Assembly (NCBI GenBank): GCA_902515775.1 | Contig: CABXVU010000004.1 | Coordinates: 2,746-66,745, forward strand | Direction of reading: 5' to 3' | DNA: 64,000 nucleotides | Source: an uncultured SAR86 cluster bacterium | GTDB taxonomy: Bacteria > Pseudomonadota > Gammaproteobacteria > Magnimaribacterales > D2472 | Shown: positions 35,260 to 49,417 of the stretch, one piece after another | Numbering within the stretch: the stretch's first letter is position 1 | Layout of the letters: each line of letters opens with the position of its first letter | Notes under the pieces: model-generated | The model's database searches: none | What the model was told of the DNA's origin: nothing | The model's input: the letters and a program-made list of their open reading frames with translations, nothing else | Program-made: the position numbers and the translations under genes

Positions 35260-37066
35260 TAGCTAAGTTCCTTGGTTGATCTAAATCAGTGCCTCTTTGG
35301 CATGCAACTTGATATGCAAGAATTTGAAGTGGAATGGTATAAATAATTGGGGCTAACAATTCGCTACATTCTGGCATTTGAATGTATTCACCTCTTTCGA
35401 TTTTAATTTTTGAATTTTCTCCACCAAATACATATAGCGTGCCGCCCCTTGCCTTTACCTCCTCTAAGTTGGAGACTAGTTTTTCAGTTAAAGTGTTTTC
35501 AGGGGATAATGCCACCACTGGAATTTGATCATCGACCAATGCCAATGGCCCGTGTTTCAGCTCTCCTGCTGGGTAAGCCTCAGCGTGAATGTATGAAATT
35601 TCTTTCAGTTTCAGTGCGCCTTCTTGAACAATTGGAAAAAACATTCCCCTTCCTAGGAATAAAGCATTGTGTTTATCAGCTATATTAGGAACGATCCTCA
35701 TGATCTCATTTGATAATTTCAATGTCTTATCGATTATCTCTGGCAAATTTCTTAATTCGTTTACAAGTTTTTTTCTTAATTTTTTATCTTTATTTAAGCT
35801 TTTTGCAATAGACATGGCTAACAACATTAAACCTGCCAGCTGAGTAGTAAATGCCTTTGTTGATGCAACGCCAATTTCTGGGCCTGCATTAGTAAAAAGA
35901 ACATGCTCTGATTCTCTAGCCAACGAGCTGGTTGGAACGTTACAGATTGACAATGTGCTTAAATAGTTTTTCTCTTTTGCGTATTTGAGGGCAGCCAAAG
36001 TATCTGCGGTTTCTCCGGATTGTGAAATGGTAACAAACAATGTGCCTTCTTCTACAAGAGGCTCTCTATATCTATACTCACTTGCAAAATCTACATAACA
36101 TGGAATTTTAGCTATTCGCTCAAACCAAAACCTTCCTACTTTGCCTGCATGTAAGCTTGTTCCACATGCAACAAACTGAATTCTTTTAATCTTACTAAAA
36201 AGCTCTGATGAGCCTAAACCAAATATATTATCTAATACGTCCTCATCTCCAAGTTTCCCATTTATGGTATTGGCAACAGCATCAGGCTGTTCATATATTT
36301 CTTTCTCCATAAAGTGAGAATATTTTCCTTTAGTAACTGTATTAACTGCTATGTCTATTTCAGTTACATCTCTTTTTACAGGGGAACTCTTTCCGTCGAA
36401 CACTTGATAACTTTGCTTAGTTATTTCTGCAACATCGCCATCTTCAAGAAATACAAACTCATTGGTAAGTTGTGATAAAGCTAAGGGGTCCGAAGCAGCA
36501 AAATTTTCCTCTAAGCCTAACCCAATCAATAATGGGCTTTTGTTTCTTGCAACAACTAATCTGTTTTTATTTTTAATATGAATGGCCGCTATGGCGTAAG
36601 CGCCATCAAGTTCTTTTATAGCGTCATGCATGGCCGACAGCAAATCGCCGCTTGATTGTATGTGTTGATGAAGTAAGTGTGCTATGACCTCTGAGTCAGT
36701 TTCAGATTGAAAAGCATATCCGACCTTTTTTAATTTTTCTATAAGCTCAAGGTAGTTTTCTATAATTCCATTGTGAACAATGTGAACCTCTCCACTTGAT
36801 GCGTGTGGGTGTGCATTTTCTTTAGAAGGTTGACCGTGAGTTGCCCAACGAGTGTGAGCAATTCCAAGTTTGCTTTTTGGCCGATGCTCAATCATCCCAT
36901 CTTCGAGCAAACTTACTTTTCCCAAAGTTCTTAAATTAAAAATACTGTCTTTTTGATGGAGAGCTATACCTGCTGAGTCATAACCACGATACTCCATTTT
37001 ATGAAGGCCTTGAACTAATAACTTTCCTACGTTGCGAGATGATGCCGCCCCTATAATTCCACACAT
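35240..37066 (-). CDS. glmS: Glutamine--fructose-6-phosphate aminotransferase
   Basis: 608 aa with the N-terminal MCGIIGA nucleophile, SIS domains and the C-terminal KSVTVE. Confidence 0.97.
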   Translation of the reverse strand: MCGIIGAASSRNVGKLLVQGLHKMEYRGYDSAGIALHQKDSIFNLRTLGKVSLLEDGMIEHRPKSKLGIAHTRWATHGQPSKENAHPHASSGEVHIVHNGIIENYLELIEKLKKVGYAFQSETDSEVIAHLLHQHIQSSGDLLSAMHDAIKELDGAYAIAAIHIKNKNRLVVARNKSPLLIGLGLEENFAASDPLALSQLTNEFVFLEDGDVAEITKQSYQVFDGKSSPVKRDVTEIDIAVNTVTKGKYSHFMEKEIYEQPDAVANTINGKLGDEDVLDNIFGLGSSELFSKIKRIQFVACGTSLHAGKVGRFWFERIAKIPCYVDFASEYRYREPLVEEGTLFVTISQSGETADTLAALKYAKEKNYLSTLSICNVPTSSLARESEHVLFTNAGPEIGVASTKAFTTQLAGLMLLAMSIAKSLNKDKKLRKKLVNELRNLPEIIDKTLKLSNEIMRIVPNIADKHNALFLGRGMFFPIVQEGALKLKEISYIHAEAYPAGELKHGPLALVDDQIPVVALSPENTLTEKLVSNLEEVKARGGTLYVFGGENSKIKIERGEYIQMPECSELLAPIIYTIPLQILAYQVACQRGTDLDQPRNLAKSVTVE

Positions 37067-37067
37067 A

Positions 37068-38420
37068 TTATTTTTTGTTCTTTGCCCAGTCTTCTTTGAT
37101 AACTTGTTTACCTCGACCTACAGCCAATGCATTGTCAGGTACATCTTTTGTAATTACAGAGCCGGCTCCTACATAAGCGCCCTTACCAATATTAACTGGT
37201 GCAACCAAGGAAGAGTTTGTGCCAATGAAACTATCTTCACCAATAGAAGTGTTATGCTTATTTGTTCCATCGTAATTGCATGTAATTGTTCCAGCGCCAA
37301 CATTTGTTTTATTACCAATGTTTGCATCGCCTAAGTAGGCTAAATGATTGGCTTTGGCGCCATCTCCAAGTTTAGTTTTTTTAGTCTCAACAAAATTACC
37401 AATTTTGGCATTATTACCTATCTCTGACCCCTCCCTAATGCGGGCATATGGACCAATGTTGCAATTCGAACCAACTGAAGCTGATGAAAGATGACTAAAT
37501 GATTCTATGATCGAGTTATCTCCAATGAAAACATCTTGTAAAACGACATTTGATTTAATAGTAACGTTATTGCCAAAGGTAACATCGCCTTCCAAAATAA
37601 CATTGACATCAATAGAACAATCTTTTCCAGCGACGACTTTGCCACGAACGTCAACACGAGTTTTATCAATAAGTGTTATTCCTTGTTCTAATAATTTTTT
37701 AGCGCTCATTTTTCTTAAAATTAATTCTAGCTCATGTAATTCATGCTTATTGTTTGCCCCCAACACTTCTGCATGATTTGCTTGAATACATTTTATTTTA
37801 ACTCCTTTTCCAGAAAGTATCTCCACCAAGTCTGTAAGATAATATTCATTAGCTGAATTTTGGTTCTTAATTTCTTCTAAAGCAGGTCTAAGCAAACTTC
37901 CATCAATTAATAAAATACCTGTAAAAACCTCTTCAATTTTAAGTTCGTCTTCTGATGCATCTTTTTGTTCAATAATTTTTAAAGCTAATTTTTGCCCATT
38001 TGTAATCACCCTGCCGTAGCCGGTTGGATCATTTAATTGCATAGTTAGGAGCGTGCACTCGTATCCAGAGTTTATAAGTCCCTCTATAGTTTTGGAGCTA
38101 ATCAATGGAACATCACCATATAGAATTAATATTTTTTCATCATCCTTAATCAAATGCGAAGCCATTTTGACTGCATGTGCTGTTCCTAGCTGATTATCTT
38201 GATCTGCTGTTTTTATATTATGGTCGATTTTTGCTATATGAGTTTTTAAGATATTTTTTTGATGGCCAACAATAACAGTTATATTTTCACTGCTTTCTTT
38301 TGCAGTTTGAATAACATGCGAAATTAAAGTTTGCCCCCCAAGGGGTTGCATAACCTTTGGCAAATTGGTGTTCATTCGAGTGCCCTTACCAGCTGCTAGG
38401 ATAATAGTATGAATATTCAA
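37068..38420 (-). CDS. glmU: Bifunctional UDP-N-acetylglucosamine pyrophosphorylase / GlcN-1-P acetyltransferase
   Basis: 450 aa with LAAGKGTRM and C-terminal hexapeptide repeats. Spaced 1 nt from glmS. Confidence 0.95.
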   Translation of the reverse strand: MNIHTIILAAGKGTRMNTNLPKVMQPLGGQTLISHVIQTAKESSENITVIVGHQKNILKTHIAKIDHNIKTADQDNQLGTAHAVKMASHLIKDDEKILILYGDVPLISSKTIEGLINSGYECTLLTMQLNDPTGYGRVITNGQKLALKIIEQKDASEDELKIEEVFTGILLIDGSLLRPALEEIKNQNSANEYYLTDLVEILSGKGVKIKCIQANHAEVLGANNKHELHELELILRKMSAKKLLEQGITLIDKTRVDVRGKVVAGKDCSIDVNVILEGDVTFGNNVTIKSNVVLQDVFIGDNSIIESFSHLSSASVGSNCNIGPYARIREGSEIGNNAKIGNFVETKKTKLGDGAKANHLAYLGDANIGNKTNVGAGTITCNYDGTNKHNTSIGEDSFIGTNSSLVAPVNIGKGAYVGAGSVITKDVPDNALAVGRGKQVIKEDWAKNKK

Positions 38421-38452
38421 AACAAGTACGAGTTAATATAGATACAAGTACC

Positions 38453-38866
38453 TTACTTGTTTTTTCTTAATTTTTGAATGGTTTTGATTCTAGCAGCAGC
38501 TTCGGCTAGTTGTGCAGCTGCTTTGGTGTAATCTAGTTCTGACTCTTTGTCGAGCATGTTTTTTTCAGCGAGTTCTTGAGCTTTAGTGGCTTCTGCCTCA
38601 TCCATGGATTCAGCTCGTTCAGCTCTATCAGATAAAAATGTTACCAAATCAGGCTGTATTTCAATAAATCCACCTGAGCAAAAAAAGGTTTTTTCATCAT
38701 CGCCGTTTTGTACTCTCACGGGCCCAGGTGCGAGGCCGGTCAATAAAGGTGTGTGTCCTGGTGCAATACCTATTTCACCCAAGGACCCAGTTGCAAAAAC
38801 CATAGTGCCTTCACCAGAGTAAATTTCCTCACTTGATGAAACTATGCTGACTTTAATAGTGGACAT
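38453..38866 (-). CDS. atpC: ATP synthase F1 epsilon subunit
   Basis: 137 aa, in the last position of the atp operon. Confidence 0.93.
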   Translation of the reverse strand: MSTIKVSIVSSSEEIYSGEGTMVFATGSLGEIGIAPGHTPLLTGLAPGPVRVQNGDDEKTFFCSGGFIEIQPDLVTFLSDRAERAESMDEAEATKAQELAEKNMLDKESELDYTKAAAQLAEAAARIKTIQKLRKNK

Positions 38867-38869
38867 TAA

Positions 38870-41141
<2,272 letters not shown>

Positions 41142-41151
41142 TAGTTATAGA

Positions 41152-42696
41152 TTAAAATGTCTGTGTTTTTTTAAACTGCTCAACAACTTCTGTGAATTGC
41201 TTTTCAATATCATCATTCCAATCACCGGTATCATTAATGCTCTTTTCTAAGTCTGCTTTTTCAGATGTAAAGTAACCATGCAATGCTTCTTCAAAGCTGC
41301 CAATCTTTTCGACCTCAACATCATCCATATAGCCTCTATCTGCAGCAAAAATACTCAGTGATTGCTGGGCAACACTCATTGGAGAATATTGCTTCTGCTT
41401 AATCAGCTCAGTAATTCTTATTCCTCTAGCAAGCTGAGCTTTGGTTGCATCGTCTAGATCAGACGCAAACTGAGAAAAAGCTGCAAGTTCTCTATATTGA
41501 GCTAATGCAGTTCTGACGCCTCCACTTAACTTTTTCATAATCTTAGTTTGAGCAGCTCCACCTACCCTAGAAACAGAAATACCAGGATTGATAGCAGGTC
41601 TAATACCTGAATTAAAAAGGTCAGTTTCTAAGAAAATTTGACCATCGGTAATTGATATAACGTTGGTTGGAACAAAAGCTGAAACATCTCCTGCCTGTGT
41701 TTCGATAATCGGGAGTGCTGTTAAAGATCCGGTTTTCCCTTTCACCTTACCGTTGGTAATTTTTTCTACATAATCTGCATTCACCCTAGCTGCTCTTTCT
41801 AGCAATCTTGAATGAAGATAAAAAACATCTCCAGGGTAAGCCTCTCTTCCGGGAGGTCTTTTTAAAAGTAAAGATACTTGTCTATATGCAACGGCTTGTT
41901 TTGAGAGGTCATCATAAACAATCAATGCGTCTTCACCTTTATCCCTAAAATATTCACCCATTGAACAACCTGAGTATGCGGAAAGATATTGCATAGGTGC
42001 AGGATCAGATGCTGATGCTGAGACAATAATTGTATGTTCTAGAGCTCCATGTTCTTCAAGCTTTTTAACAACATTAACGACGGTTGATTGTTTTTGGCCA
42101 ATAGCAACATATATACATTTGATACCTGTTCCTTTCTGATTGATGATTGCATCAACCGCAACAGCAGTCTTACCGGTTTGTCTATCACCAATAATAAGCT
42201 CTCTTTGACCTCGACCAATTGGTACCATTGCATCAACTGCTTTTAAACCAATTTGAACCGGTTGATCAACTGACTGCCTAGCAATTACACCGGGGGCTAC
42301 AACTTCTACTGGAGCAGTCATCTCTGTTTTAATTTCTCCCTTACCATCAATGGGGCTGCCCAGGGCATCTACAACTCTACCTAGTAACTCTTCGCCCACT
42401 GGAACCTCTAAAATTCTTCCAGTACAAACAGCTTTCTGGCCTTCGATTAGTCCCAAATAATCTCCTAAAACTACTGCTCCTACAGAATCTTGCTCTAGAT
42501 TTAGTGCCAATCCAAGAACACCGTTTTCAAACTCTATCAGCTCACCATACATTACGTCGCCCATACCATGAATTCTCACAATCCCGTCTGAAACACTTAC
42601 GATAATACCTTCATTTTTTCTTTCTGCAGAAAGATCAAGACCTGAAATTTTTTCCTTTAAAACGCTGGAAATTTCTGATGGATTTAGTTGGCTCAT
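41152..42696 (-). CDS. atpA: ATP synthase F1 alpha subunit
   Basis: 514 aa with Walker A GDRQTGKT. Confidence 0.97.
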   Translation of the reverse strand: MSQLNPSEISSVLKEKISGLDLSAERKNEGIIVSVSDGIVRIHGMGDVMYGELIEFENGVLGLALNLEQDSVGAVVLGDYLGLIEGQKAVCTGRILEVPVGEELLGRVVDALGSPIDGKGEIKTEMTAPVEVVAPGVIARQSVDQPVQIGLKAVDAMVPIGRGQRELIIGDRQTGKTAVAVDAIINQKGTGIKCIYVAIGQKQSTVVNVVKKLEEHGALEHTIIVSASASDPAPMQYLSAYSGCSMGEYFRDKGEDALIVYDDLSKQAVAYRQVSLLLKRPPGREAYPGDVFYLHSRLLERAARVNADYVEKITNGKVKGKTGSLTALPIIETQAGDVSAFVPTNVISITDGQIFLETDLFNSGIRPAINPGISVSRVGGAAQTKIMKKLSGGVRTALAQYRELAAFSQFASDLDDATKAQLARGIRITELIKQKQYSPMSVAQQSLSIFAADRGYMDDVEVEKIGSFEEALHGYFTSEKADLEKSINDTGDWNDDIEKQFTEVVEQFKKTQTF

Positions 42697-42705
42697 TTTT
42701 TCACC

Positions 42706-43242
42706 TTAAAAATTTAATTGATTTACTAATTTTTTGACCTTTCCTCTAATGGATAGATCCAGAGTTTCATCTCCGATTTTGATTGACAGACCACCCATGA
42801 TAGAGGGATCCTTTGAAAATTCTATATTCGAACCCTCTCCGTGTTCTGCAAGCAGTTTTTCTGTGATAATTTTTTTATTATCCTCAGAAGGTTGGTCGGC
42901 AACATTCACAAGGATAGAGCTTGTCTTATTATGTTGCTCTAAAAGTTCTTGATAGCTTACATTAATTGCTTCAATAAGATTAAGTCTTTTGTTATCCGCA
43001 AGAAGTTCCAACATCTTGTTAGACAAATCGCCCACTTCTCCGTCTGCTAAACCAATAATAGTGTTGGCTATTTTTTCTTTTGAAAGTTGTGGATCTTGAA
43101 TTAAACTGGCAACCTCTTTGGTTTGAGACACAGCTGACAATAAGGCAAGATCCTGTGCAACCGACTCATGCTTTCCGTCATCTAAAGCTGCCTTAAAAAT
43201 AGCTTTGGCATAGGGTCTTGCGAGTGGAGAAAGTTCTATCAT
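42706..43242 (-). CDS. atpH: ATP synthase F1 delta subunit
   Basis: 178 aa, consistent by operon position. Confidence 0.9.
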   Translation of the reverse strand: MIELSPLARPYAKAIFKAALDDGKHESVAQDLALLSAVSQTKEVASLIQDPQLSKEKIANTIIGLADGEVGDLSNKMLELLADNKRLNLIEAINVSYQELLEQHNKTSSILVNVADQPSEDNKKIITEKLLAEHGEGSNIEFSKDPSIMGGLSIKIGDETLDLSIRGKVKKLVNQLNF

Positions 43243-43245
43243 TTT

Positions 43246-43716
43246 TTATAACTCTGAAGCGGCTTTTTTGAGCAACTCTTGATGTTTCTCTGGGCTAATT
43301 TCATCGCCCAATATTTTTTCAGAAGTATCGATAATAAGTTCTGACATTTTTTGTCTTAACTCTTCTTTGGCTTTATTGACGTCATTCTCAATGGTTTTGG
43401 ATGCTGAGGATAAAATCTTTTCAGCTTCTGTCTCTGCTTTTGCTGTCGCATCGTTAACAATTTGAGAGGCTCTAAGGTTGGCTTTTTCTAATATTTCCGC
43501 GGCCTCTGCTTTTGCCTTGTTCATCTCTTGATCAAAAGCAAGTTGTGCTTCCTCCAAGGAATCATCGGCTTTTTTTGCTGCCTCTAAACCATCCGCTATA
43601 CGCTTCTCTCTTTCTTCCATTATTGCAATGATAGGAGGCCATACATACTTCCAACAAATTGCTACAAAAATAACAAATGCTAATGTTTGACCTAAGAGTG
43701 TTGCGTTAATATTCAT
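43246..43716 (-). CDS. atpF: ATP synthase F0 b subunit
   Basis: 156 aa with a single N-terminal TM helix and a long charged helix. Confidence 0.9.
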   Translation of the reverse strand: MNINATLLGQTLAFVIFVAICWKYVWPPIIAIMEEREKRIADGLEAAKKADDSLEEAQLAFDQEMNKAKAEAAEILEKANLRASQIVNDATAKAETEAEKILSSASKTIENDVNKAKEELRQKMSELIIDTSEKILGDEISPEKHQELLKKAASEL

Positions 43717-43723
43717 TGTTTAT

Positions 43724-43960
<237 letters not shown>

Positions 43961-43973
43961 CTAAAAATAAGAC

Positions 43974-45123
<1,150 letters not shown>

Positions 45124-45218
45124 GGCAGATAACTGATTATTTTTTAAAGTGTTAATTTTAAGCTAAGTATGTTTTTTTACGAGGCAGATTATAAAAATTA
45201 ATGGTCTATAGGACAAGC

Positions 45219-46085
45219 TTAATTTTTCTTTAATTTTAATAATTTGCTTATAATTGCTTCGCGTTCATCCTTGGATGAGTATGAAATAGAAATTTTTCCT
45301 TTTGATGAGGTTTGTTGATCAATTTGGGTTTTGTGGCCAATGTTTTCAGATAGCTCCTCCTCTATGTTTAAAAGATCTCTATTTTTTATTTTGGTGGTGT
45401 TTTTTGCGCTTTTAGTTTTGTTTGAAGAGGCCGCATCTTTTACGGTCATGCCTAAAGAAACTATTTTTTGTGCAAGCTCCTCTGCTTCGCTGGGCTCCAT
45501 TGATGCAAGGATTTTTGCATGTCCTTTTTCTAAGTCCCCGGAATACAAGAGCTCAATAATCGATGATGGGAGGTTTAAAAGCCTCATCGAATTAGCGACA
45601 GAACTTCTAGCCTTTCCTGTAACTTCTGCGATTTTATCTTGCGTCAAAGAAAACTCTTTTTTTAAACGATCGTAACCCCTAGCCTCTTCAATTGGATTTA
45701 AGTCTTCCCTTTGAAGGTTTTCAATAAGGGCAAGTTCAAGCGAAAGCTGATCCTCTGCTGAATCGATCATACATGGAGCGGTTTGCAGTCCAGCTTCTTT
45801 TGCTGCTCTTAATCTTCTTTCACCAGCTATAAGTTCATAGCCTCCAGCCCCTGTTTCCCTAACAAGGATAGGTGATAAAATGCCGTGCTTTGTAATGGAT
45901 TGTGAAAGTTCTGTGATTTTTTGCTCGTCGAATGATTGCCTGGGTTGAAATCGATTTGGTTTAATTTGAGATAGCTCTATTTCTTTGATAGTTTGTTTGT
46001 TGGGAGACGCAACATTTCCCAATAGTGCGTCTAGGCCCGTGTTAAGTATTTTATCCGCCAACTTCAATTCTCCTGATAAGTTCAC
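45219..46085 (-). CDS. parB: Chromosome partitioning protein ParB
   Basis: 288 aa with GLDALLG and LIENLQREDLNPIEEA. The true start may be the TTG at 46061 (AGGAGA is 7 nt upstream), which would shorten the overlap with parA. Confidence 0.9.
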   Translation of the reverse strand: MNLSGELKLADKILNTGLDALLGNVASPNKQTIKEIELSQIKPNRFQPRQSFDEQKITELSQSITKHGILSPILVRETGAGGYELIAGERRLRAAKEAGLQTAPCMIDSAEDQLSLELALIENLQREDLNPIEEARGYDRLKKEFSLTQDKIAEVTGKARSSVANSMRLLNLPSSIIELLYSGDLEKGHAKILASMEPSEAEELAQKIVSLGMTVKDAASSNKTKSAKNTTKIKNRDLLNIEEELSENIGHKTQIDQQTSSKGKISISYSSKDEREAIISKLLKLKKN

Positions 46086-46806
46086 CGGCTAGGGCTAAAT
46101 AAGCTTTTGCACCAAATGACGACGGCATGTATTGAATTGCCGAAGTTCCATGGCTTGGCGCTTCTGCTAATTTAACATTTCTTGGAATGAGTGTGTTAAA
46201 AACCAAAGATGGGAAATGTTTTTCGAGCTCTTCAGATACCTCTTTTGCTAGATTGTTTCTCATATCAACCATTGTTCTGACAATTCCAAAAACCTTATTG
46301 TTTGTAAGGTTTTTGTTTTTGAGGGTATTTATTGTGTTAATAAGAGATGAGATGCCTTCTAAGGAATAATATTCACATTGGAGGGGTATAAGTGTTGCTG
46401 TCGCAGCAAAAAGAGACTCTAGTGTTAGTTGGTTTAAAGACGGTGGTGTATCCATTATTATAAACTCATACTCTAGGGGGTCTAATTGTTTTTTTAGTTC
46501 GCCTTGTTTGTTATCGCTTCTTATATAAACCTCCAATGCTATTAAATTTTCACCCCCCGGTATGACGTCATATCCACTAGGTGACTTTGATATGTGCTCT
46601 ATTATATTTAGGCCTTCATAGTAGATCCTATATAGGGTTTTTTCATTTTTGGGCACTCCCGCGGCTGTGCTTGCATTTCCTTGGGGGTCTAGGTCAATTA
46701 AAAGAACTTTGCGTTTAGTCGCGGCGAGGGCTGCAGCAAGGTTTACTGCTGTGGTTGTTTTTCCAACTCCTCCTTTTTGATTGGCAATAGCGATAATGTG
46801 TTTCAT
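46051..46806 (-). CDS. parA: Chromosome partitioning ATPase ParA/Soj
   Basis: 251 aa with the deviant Walker A KGGVGKTT. Confidence 0.93.
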   Translation of the reverse strand: MKHIIAIANQKGGVGKTTTAVNLAAALAATKRKVLLIDLDPQGNASTAAGVPKNEKTLYRIYYEGLNIIEHISKSPSGYDVIPGGENLIALEVYIRSDNKQGELKKQLDPLEYEFIIMDTPPSLNQLTLESLFAATATLIPLQCEYYSLEGISSLINTINTLKNKNLTNNKVFGIVRTMVDMRNNLAKEVSEELEKHFPSLVFNTLIPRNVKLAEAPSHGTSAIQYMPSSFGAKAYLALAGELIRRIEVGG

Positions 46807-47387
46807 TTTTTGGTTATCTCTAAAATGTGCCTCTGCTTGTCTTTAATGTTTGTTTTATGGATATTGTAAGAGTATGTATTATTATCCAACTGAGCAACCT
46901 CTTCTTTTATTTTTTCTATTGTTCCCTTCATAAGAACGTATTTACCATTTTTTGCTAGCAAGTGTTCTGACCAGTTAATTATTTTTGGTGTTGGTGCTAG
47001 GGCTCTTGCTGTAATAATATCAAAGAGTTTTTTTGTTGTTGTGTTGGGGCTTATAGCTTTGTTTTTGATTTTAGCGTTAGAGAGCCCAAGCGTTTGAATT
47101 GTTTTTTTTATAAAGTATGCTTTTTTTTGACTTTTTTCTGACATTGTTATGTATGATCGAGGCTGCAGAATTGCTATAAGTAAACCTGGAAGCCCGGCTC
47201 CACTTCCAATATCAAGTATTTTTTTTTCTGGTGGTATGTGTTTTAGAACCATCTGACAATCAAAGATGTCTTGTAAATAGATTTCTTCTTTTGTTTGTCG
47301 GCCAACTAAATTGTGGGCTTTGTTGAATTTTAGTATTTCCTTTACATAGATTTCTATGAGGTTGTGTTGTTGGTCGTTTTTTTTAAT
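46803..47387 (-). CDS. rsmG: 16S rRNA m7G527 methyltransferase RsmG (GidB); start assigned to ATT
   Basis: SAM motif DIGSGAGLPGL. The track ORF starts at ATG 47252, but 46 further in-frame codons (IKKNDQQHNLIEIYVKEILKFNKAHNLVGRQTKEEIYLQDIFDCQ) match the conserved RsmG N-terminus. They contain no ATG/GTG/TTG. Confidence 0.8.
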   Translation of the reverse strand: MKKNDQQHNLIEIYVKEILKFNKAHNLVGRQTKEEIYLQDIFDCQMVLKHIPPEKKILDIGSGAGLPGLLIAILQPRSYITMSEKSQKKAYFIKKTIQTLGLSNAKIKNKAISPNTTTKKLFDIITARALAPTPKIINWSEHLLAKNGKYVLMKGTIEKIKEEVAQLDNNTYSYNIHKTNIKDKQRHILEITKK

Positions 47388-47391
47388 TGGG

Positions 47392-49209
47392 CTATGCCTT
47401 TTCTAGTGGTTGGTTTTTTTTAATTGTTATGGCAAGTAGATTTATGGCTGCAGGTGTGATTCCCTCCAGCCTGCTTGCTTGTCCAAGAGATACTGGTTTG
47501 TGTTTGTTTAATTTTTCAATCGCTTCGTTTGATAGGCCCTTTATAAGTGAGTAATCTATTTCTTTCGGTATTTTTGTTTTTTCATTTTTTTTGGAGCCCT
47601 CTACTTCTCTTTGTTGTTTTGATATATAGCCCTTATATTTAATTTCGTTTGATGCTCTGTTGAAAAACTTCTCTTCTTTTTTTGAAATCTGTAATACTTT
47701 TTTTAACTCTGTTGTATCAAGGTCGGTTCTTTTTAGCAGATCGTCGCCTGAAGCTAGTTTGTCGTTTATGTTAACTTTTAGTTTTTTTATTTGGTTTAAA
47801 AATGCTTGGTATTTATTTTCTAACTCTACAAAGGGCTGAAAAACATCATCGCTTATAAGACCTAAAGAGTGGCCTTTTTTGGTGAGTCTTTGGCATGCTG
47901 TATCTTGTGATAGCATAAGTCGATACTCTGCTCGGCTGGTAAACATTCTATATGGTTCTGTGACTCCGTTAAGTGTTAAGTCATCTATTAACACACCAAT
48001 ATATGCTTCGCTTCTATCGAATATTACCTCAGGTTTTTTTAAAATTGATTGGCCTGCGTTTATACCAGCAATTAAGCCCTGGGCCGCTGCCTCCTCATAA
48101 CCCGTTGTTCCATTAATTTGACCTGCGAGATAAAAGCTCTCTATAAACTTTGTTTCTAAGGTTGGGTTTAGTGATCTTGGATCAATAAAATCATATTCAA
48201 CAGCATAACCAAATTCTTCTATTTCTGAGTTTTCAAGCCCATTTATTGACTCTATAAAATCTTTCTGAGCAGCGCTTGGTAAGCTTGTTGAAATACCGTT
48301 TGGATAAACTAAATCTTTATCTAGGCCTTCTGGTTCTATAAATATTTGATGGCTATCTTTTTCGCTAAACCTATTAATTTTATCTTCTATTGATGGGCAA
48401 TATCGGGGGCCTATTCCTGATATTTTTCCTGAATATATAGCAGATAAGTGTGTGTTGTTTGAAATTATTTGATGAGTTTTTTTGTTTGTTCTGGTGATAT
48501 AGCAAGATATTTGTGGGAGCGTTTTTGCTGGGGGTTGCAGAACTGACATAGAGGGCGGATTTAGGTCTCCCGGTTGTTCCTCCATAACACTAAGATCAAT
48601 ACTAGATAGTTTGATTCTCGCGGGGGTTCCTGTTTTCAACCTTCCCATAGGTAGTTTCAAATCATAGAGTTTTTTGGATAGCGGGACAGATGAATCATCG
48701 TCGACGCGCCCACCTAGAGCAGTCTCTTCGCCTTTATACATGACCCCATTAAGAAAAGTTCCTGTTGTTAGGATGGTCTTTAGTGATTCTATTTTCTCAC
48801 CATTTTTTAACACAACGCCTTTAATCGTTTCATTGTGAAGAAGAATGTCAACTACCTCTCCTTCCTTAATATCAATGGTTGTCTTATACAAAGCATCTTG
48901 AATTGCTTTTTTGTATTTATCTCTGTCGCATTGCACTCGAAGTGCTTGTACGGCAAAACCCTTTCTTGTATTAAGAGTTCTCGACTGAATGCCAGATTGG
49001 TCTGTAGCCTGGGCCATAATGCCCCCTAACGCATCGACCTCTCTAACTAAATGTGATTTTCCCAAACCACCTATAGCTGGATTGCAGGACATCTGACCAA
49101 TAGTATCTCTCTTAAAGGTGACAAGACAACATTTAAGCCCCTGCCTAAAAACAGCATGCGCCGCTTCAACACCAGCATGCCCACCGCCTATTACTATTAC
49201 ATCAAACAT
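47392..49209 (-). CDS. mnmG: tRNA uridine 5-carboxymethylaminomethyl modification enzyme MnmG (GidA)
   Basis: 605 aa with the FAD motif [14 protein letters not shown]. Confidence 0.96.
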   Translation of the reverse strand: MFDVIVIGGGHAGVEAAHAVFRQGLKCCLVTFKRDTIGQMSCNPAIGGLGKSHLVREVDALGGIMAQATDQSGIQSRTLNTRKGFAVQALRVQCDRDKYKKAIQDALYKTTIDIKEGEVVDILLHNETIKGVVLKNGEKIESLKTILTTGTFLNGVMYKGEETALGGRVDDDSSVPLSKKLYDLKLPMGRLKTGTPARIKLSSIDLSVMEEQPGDLNPPSMSVLQPPAKTLPQISCYITRTNKKTHQIISNNTHLSAIYSGKISGIGPRYCPSIEDKINRFSEKDSHQIFIEPEGLDKDLVYPNGISTSLPSAAQKDFIESINGLENSEIEEFGYAVEYDFIDPRSLNPTLETKFIESFYLAGQINGTTGYEEAAAQGLIAGINAGQSILKKPEVIFDRSEAYIGVLIDDLTLNGVTEPYRMFTSRAEYRLMLSQDTACQRLTKKGHSLGLISDDVFQPFVELENKYQAFLNQIKKLKVNINDKLASGDDLLKRTDLDTTELKKVLQISKKEEKFFNRASNEIKYKGYISKQQREVEGSKKNEKTKIPKEIDYSLIKGLSNEAIEKLNKHKPVSLGQASRLEGITPAAINLLAITIKKNQPLEKA

Positions 49210-49224
49210 ATATATAAGAATGTT

Positions 49225-49251
49225 ATAACAACAATATATTATTGTTGTTAT
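49225..49251. repeat. Perfect 12-bp inverted repeat with 3-nt loop in the mnmE-mnmG spacer
   Basis: ataacaacaata-tat-tattgttgttat. Confidence 0.8.
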
Positions 49252-49269
49252 TATTGGAGGAGTTTTTTT

Positions 49270-49411
49270 TGTGCATAAAATTAATAAACCTCTTATATAA
49301 AAGACTAACTGAACCTAGTAAGTTATGTAAACTCATCATCATAAATTGTAGTTTTCTACTAAATAAGATGTGGATAAAAATAAAATAAAAACTAATCACA
49401 AATTACCCACA
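49270..49411. promoter_or_regulatory. DnaA-box cluster in the mnmE-mnmG intergenic region
   Basis: tgtggataa at 49369-49377 is a perfect reverse complement of TTATCCACA. tgtgcataa (49270-49278) and ttacccaca (49403-49411) each have one mismatch. Confidence 0.5.
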
Positions 49412-49417
49412 TTTTAT

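Noticed and set aside
37067-37067. glmS ribozyme or leader upstream of glmS
   Set aside because: The glmU stop and the glmS start are separated by a single nucleotide, so there is no leader in which a ribozyme could reside.
38444-38460. Hairpin acaagta-cct-tacttgt with a T-run at the atpC stop, as an atp operon terminator
   Set aside because: The stem is only 7 bp with a 3-nt loop. The T-run is on the non-transcribed orientation for the atp operon. glmU follows 32 nt later and is probably co-transcribed.
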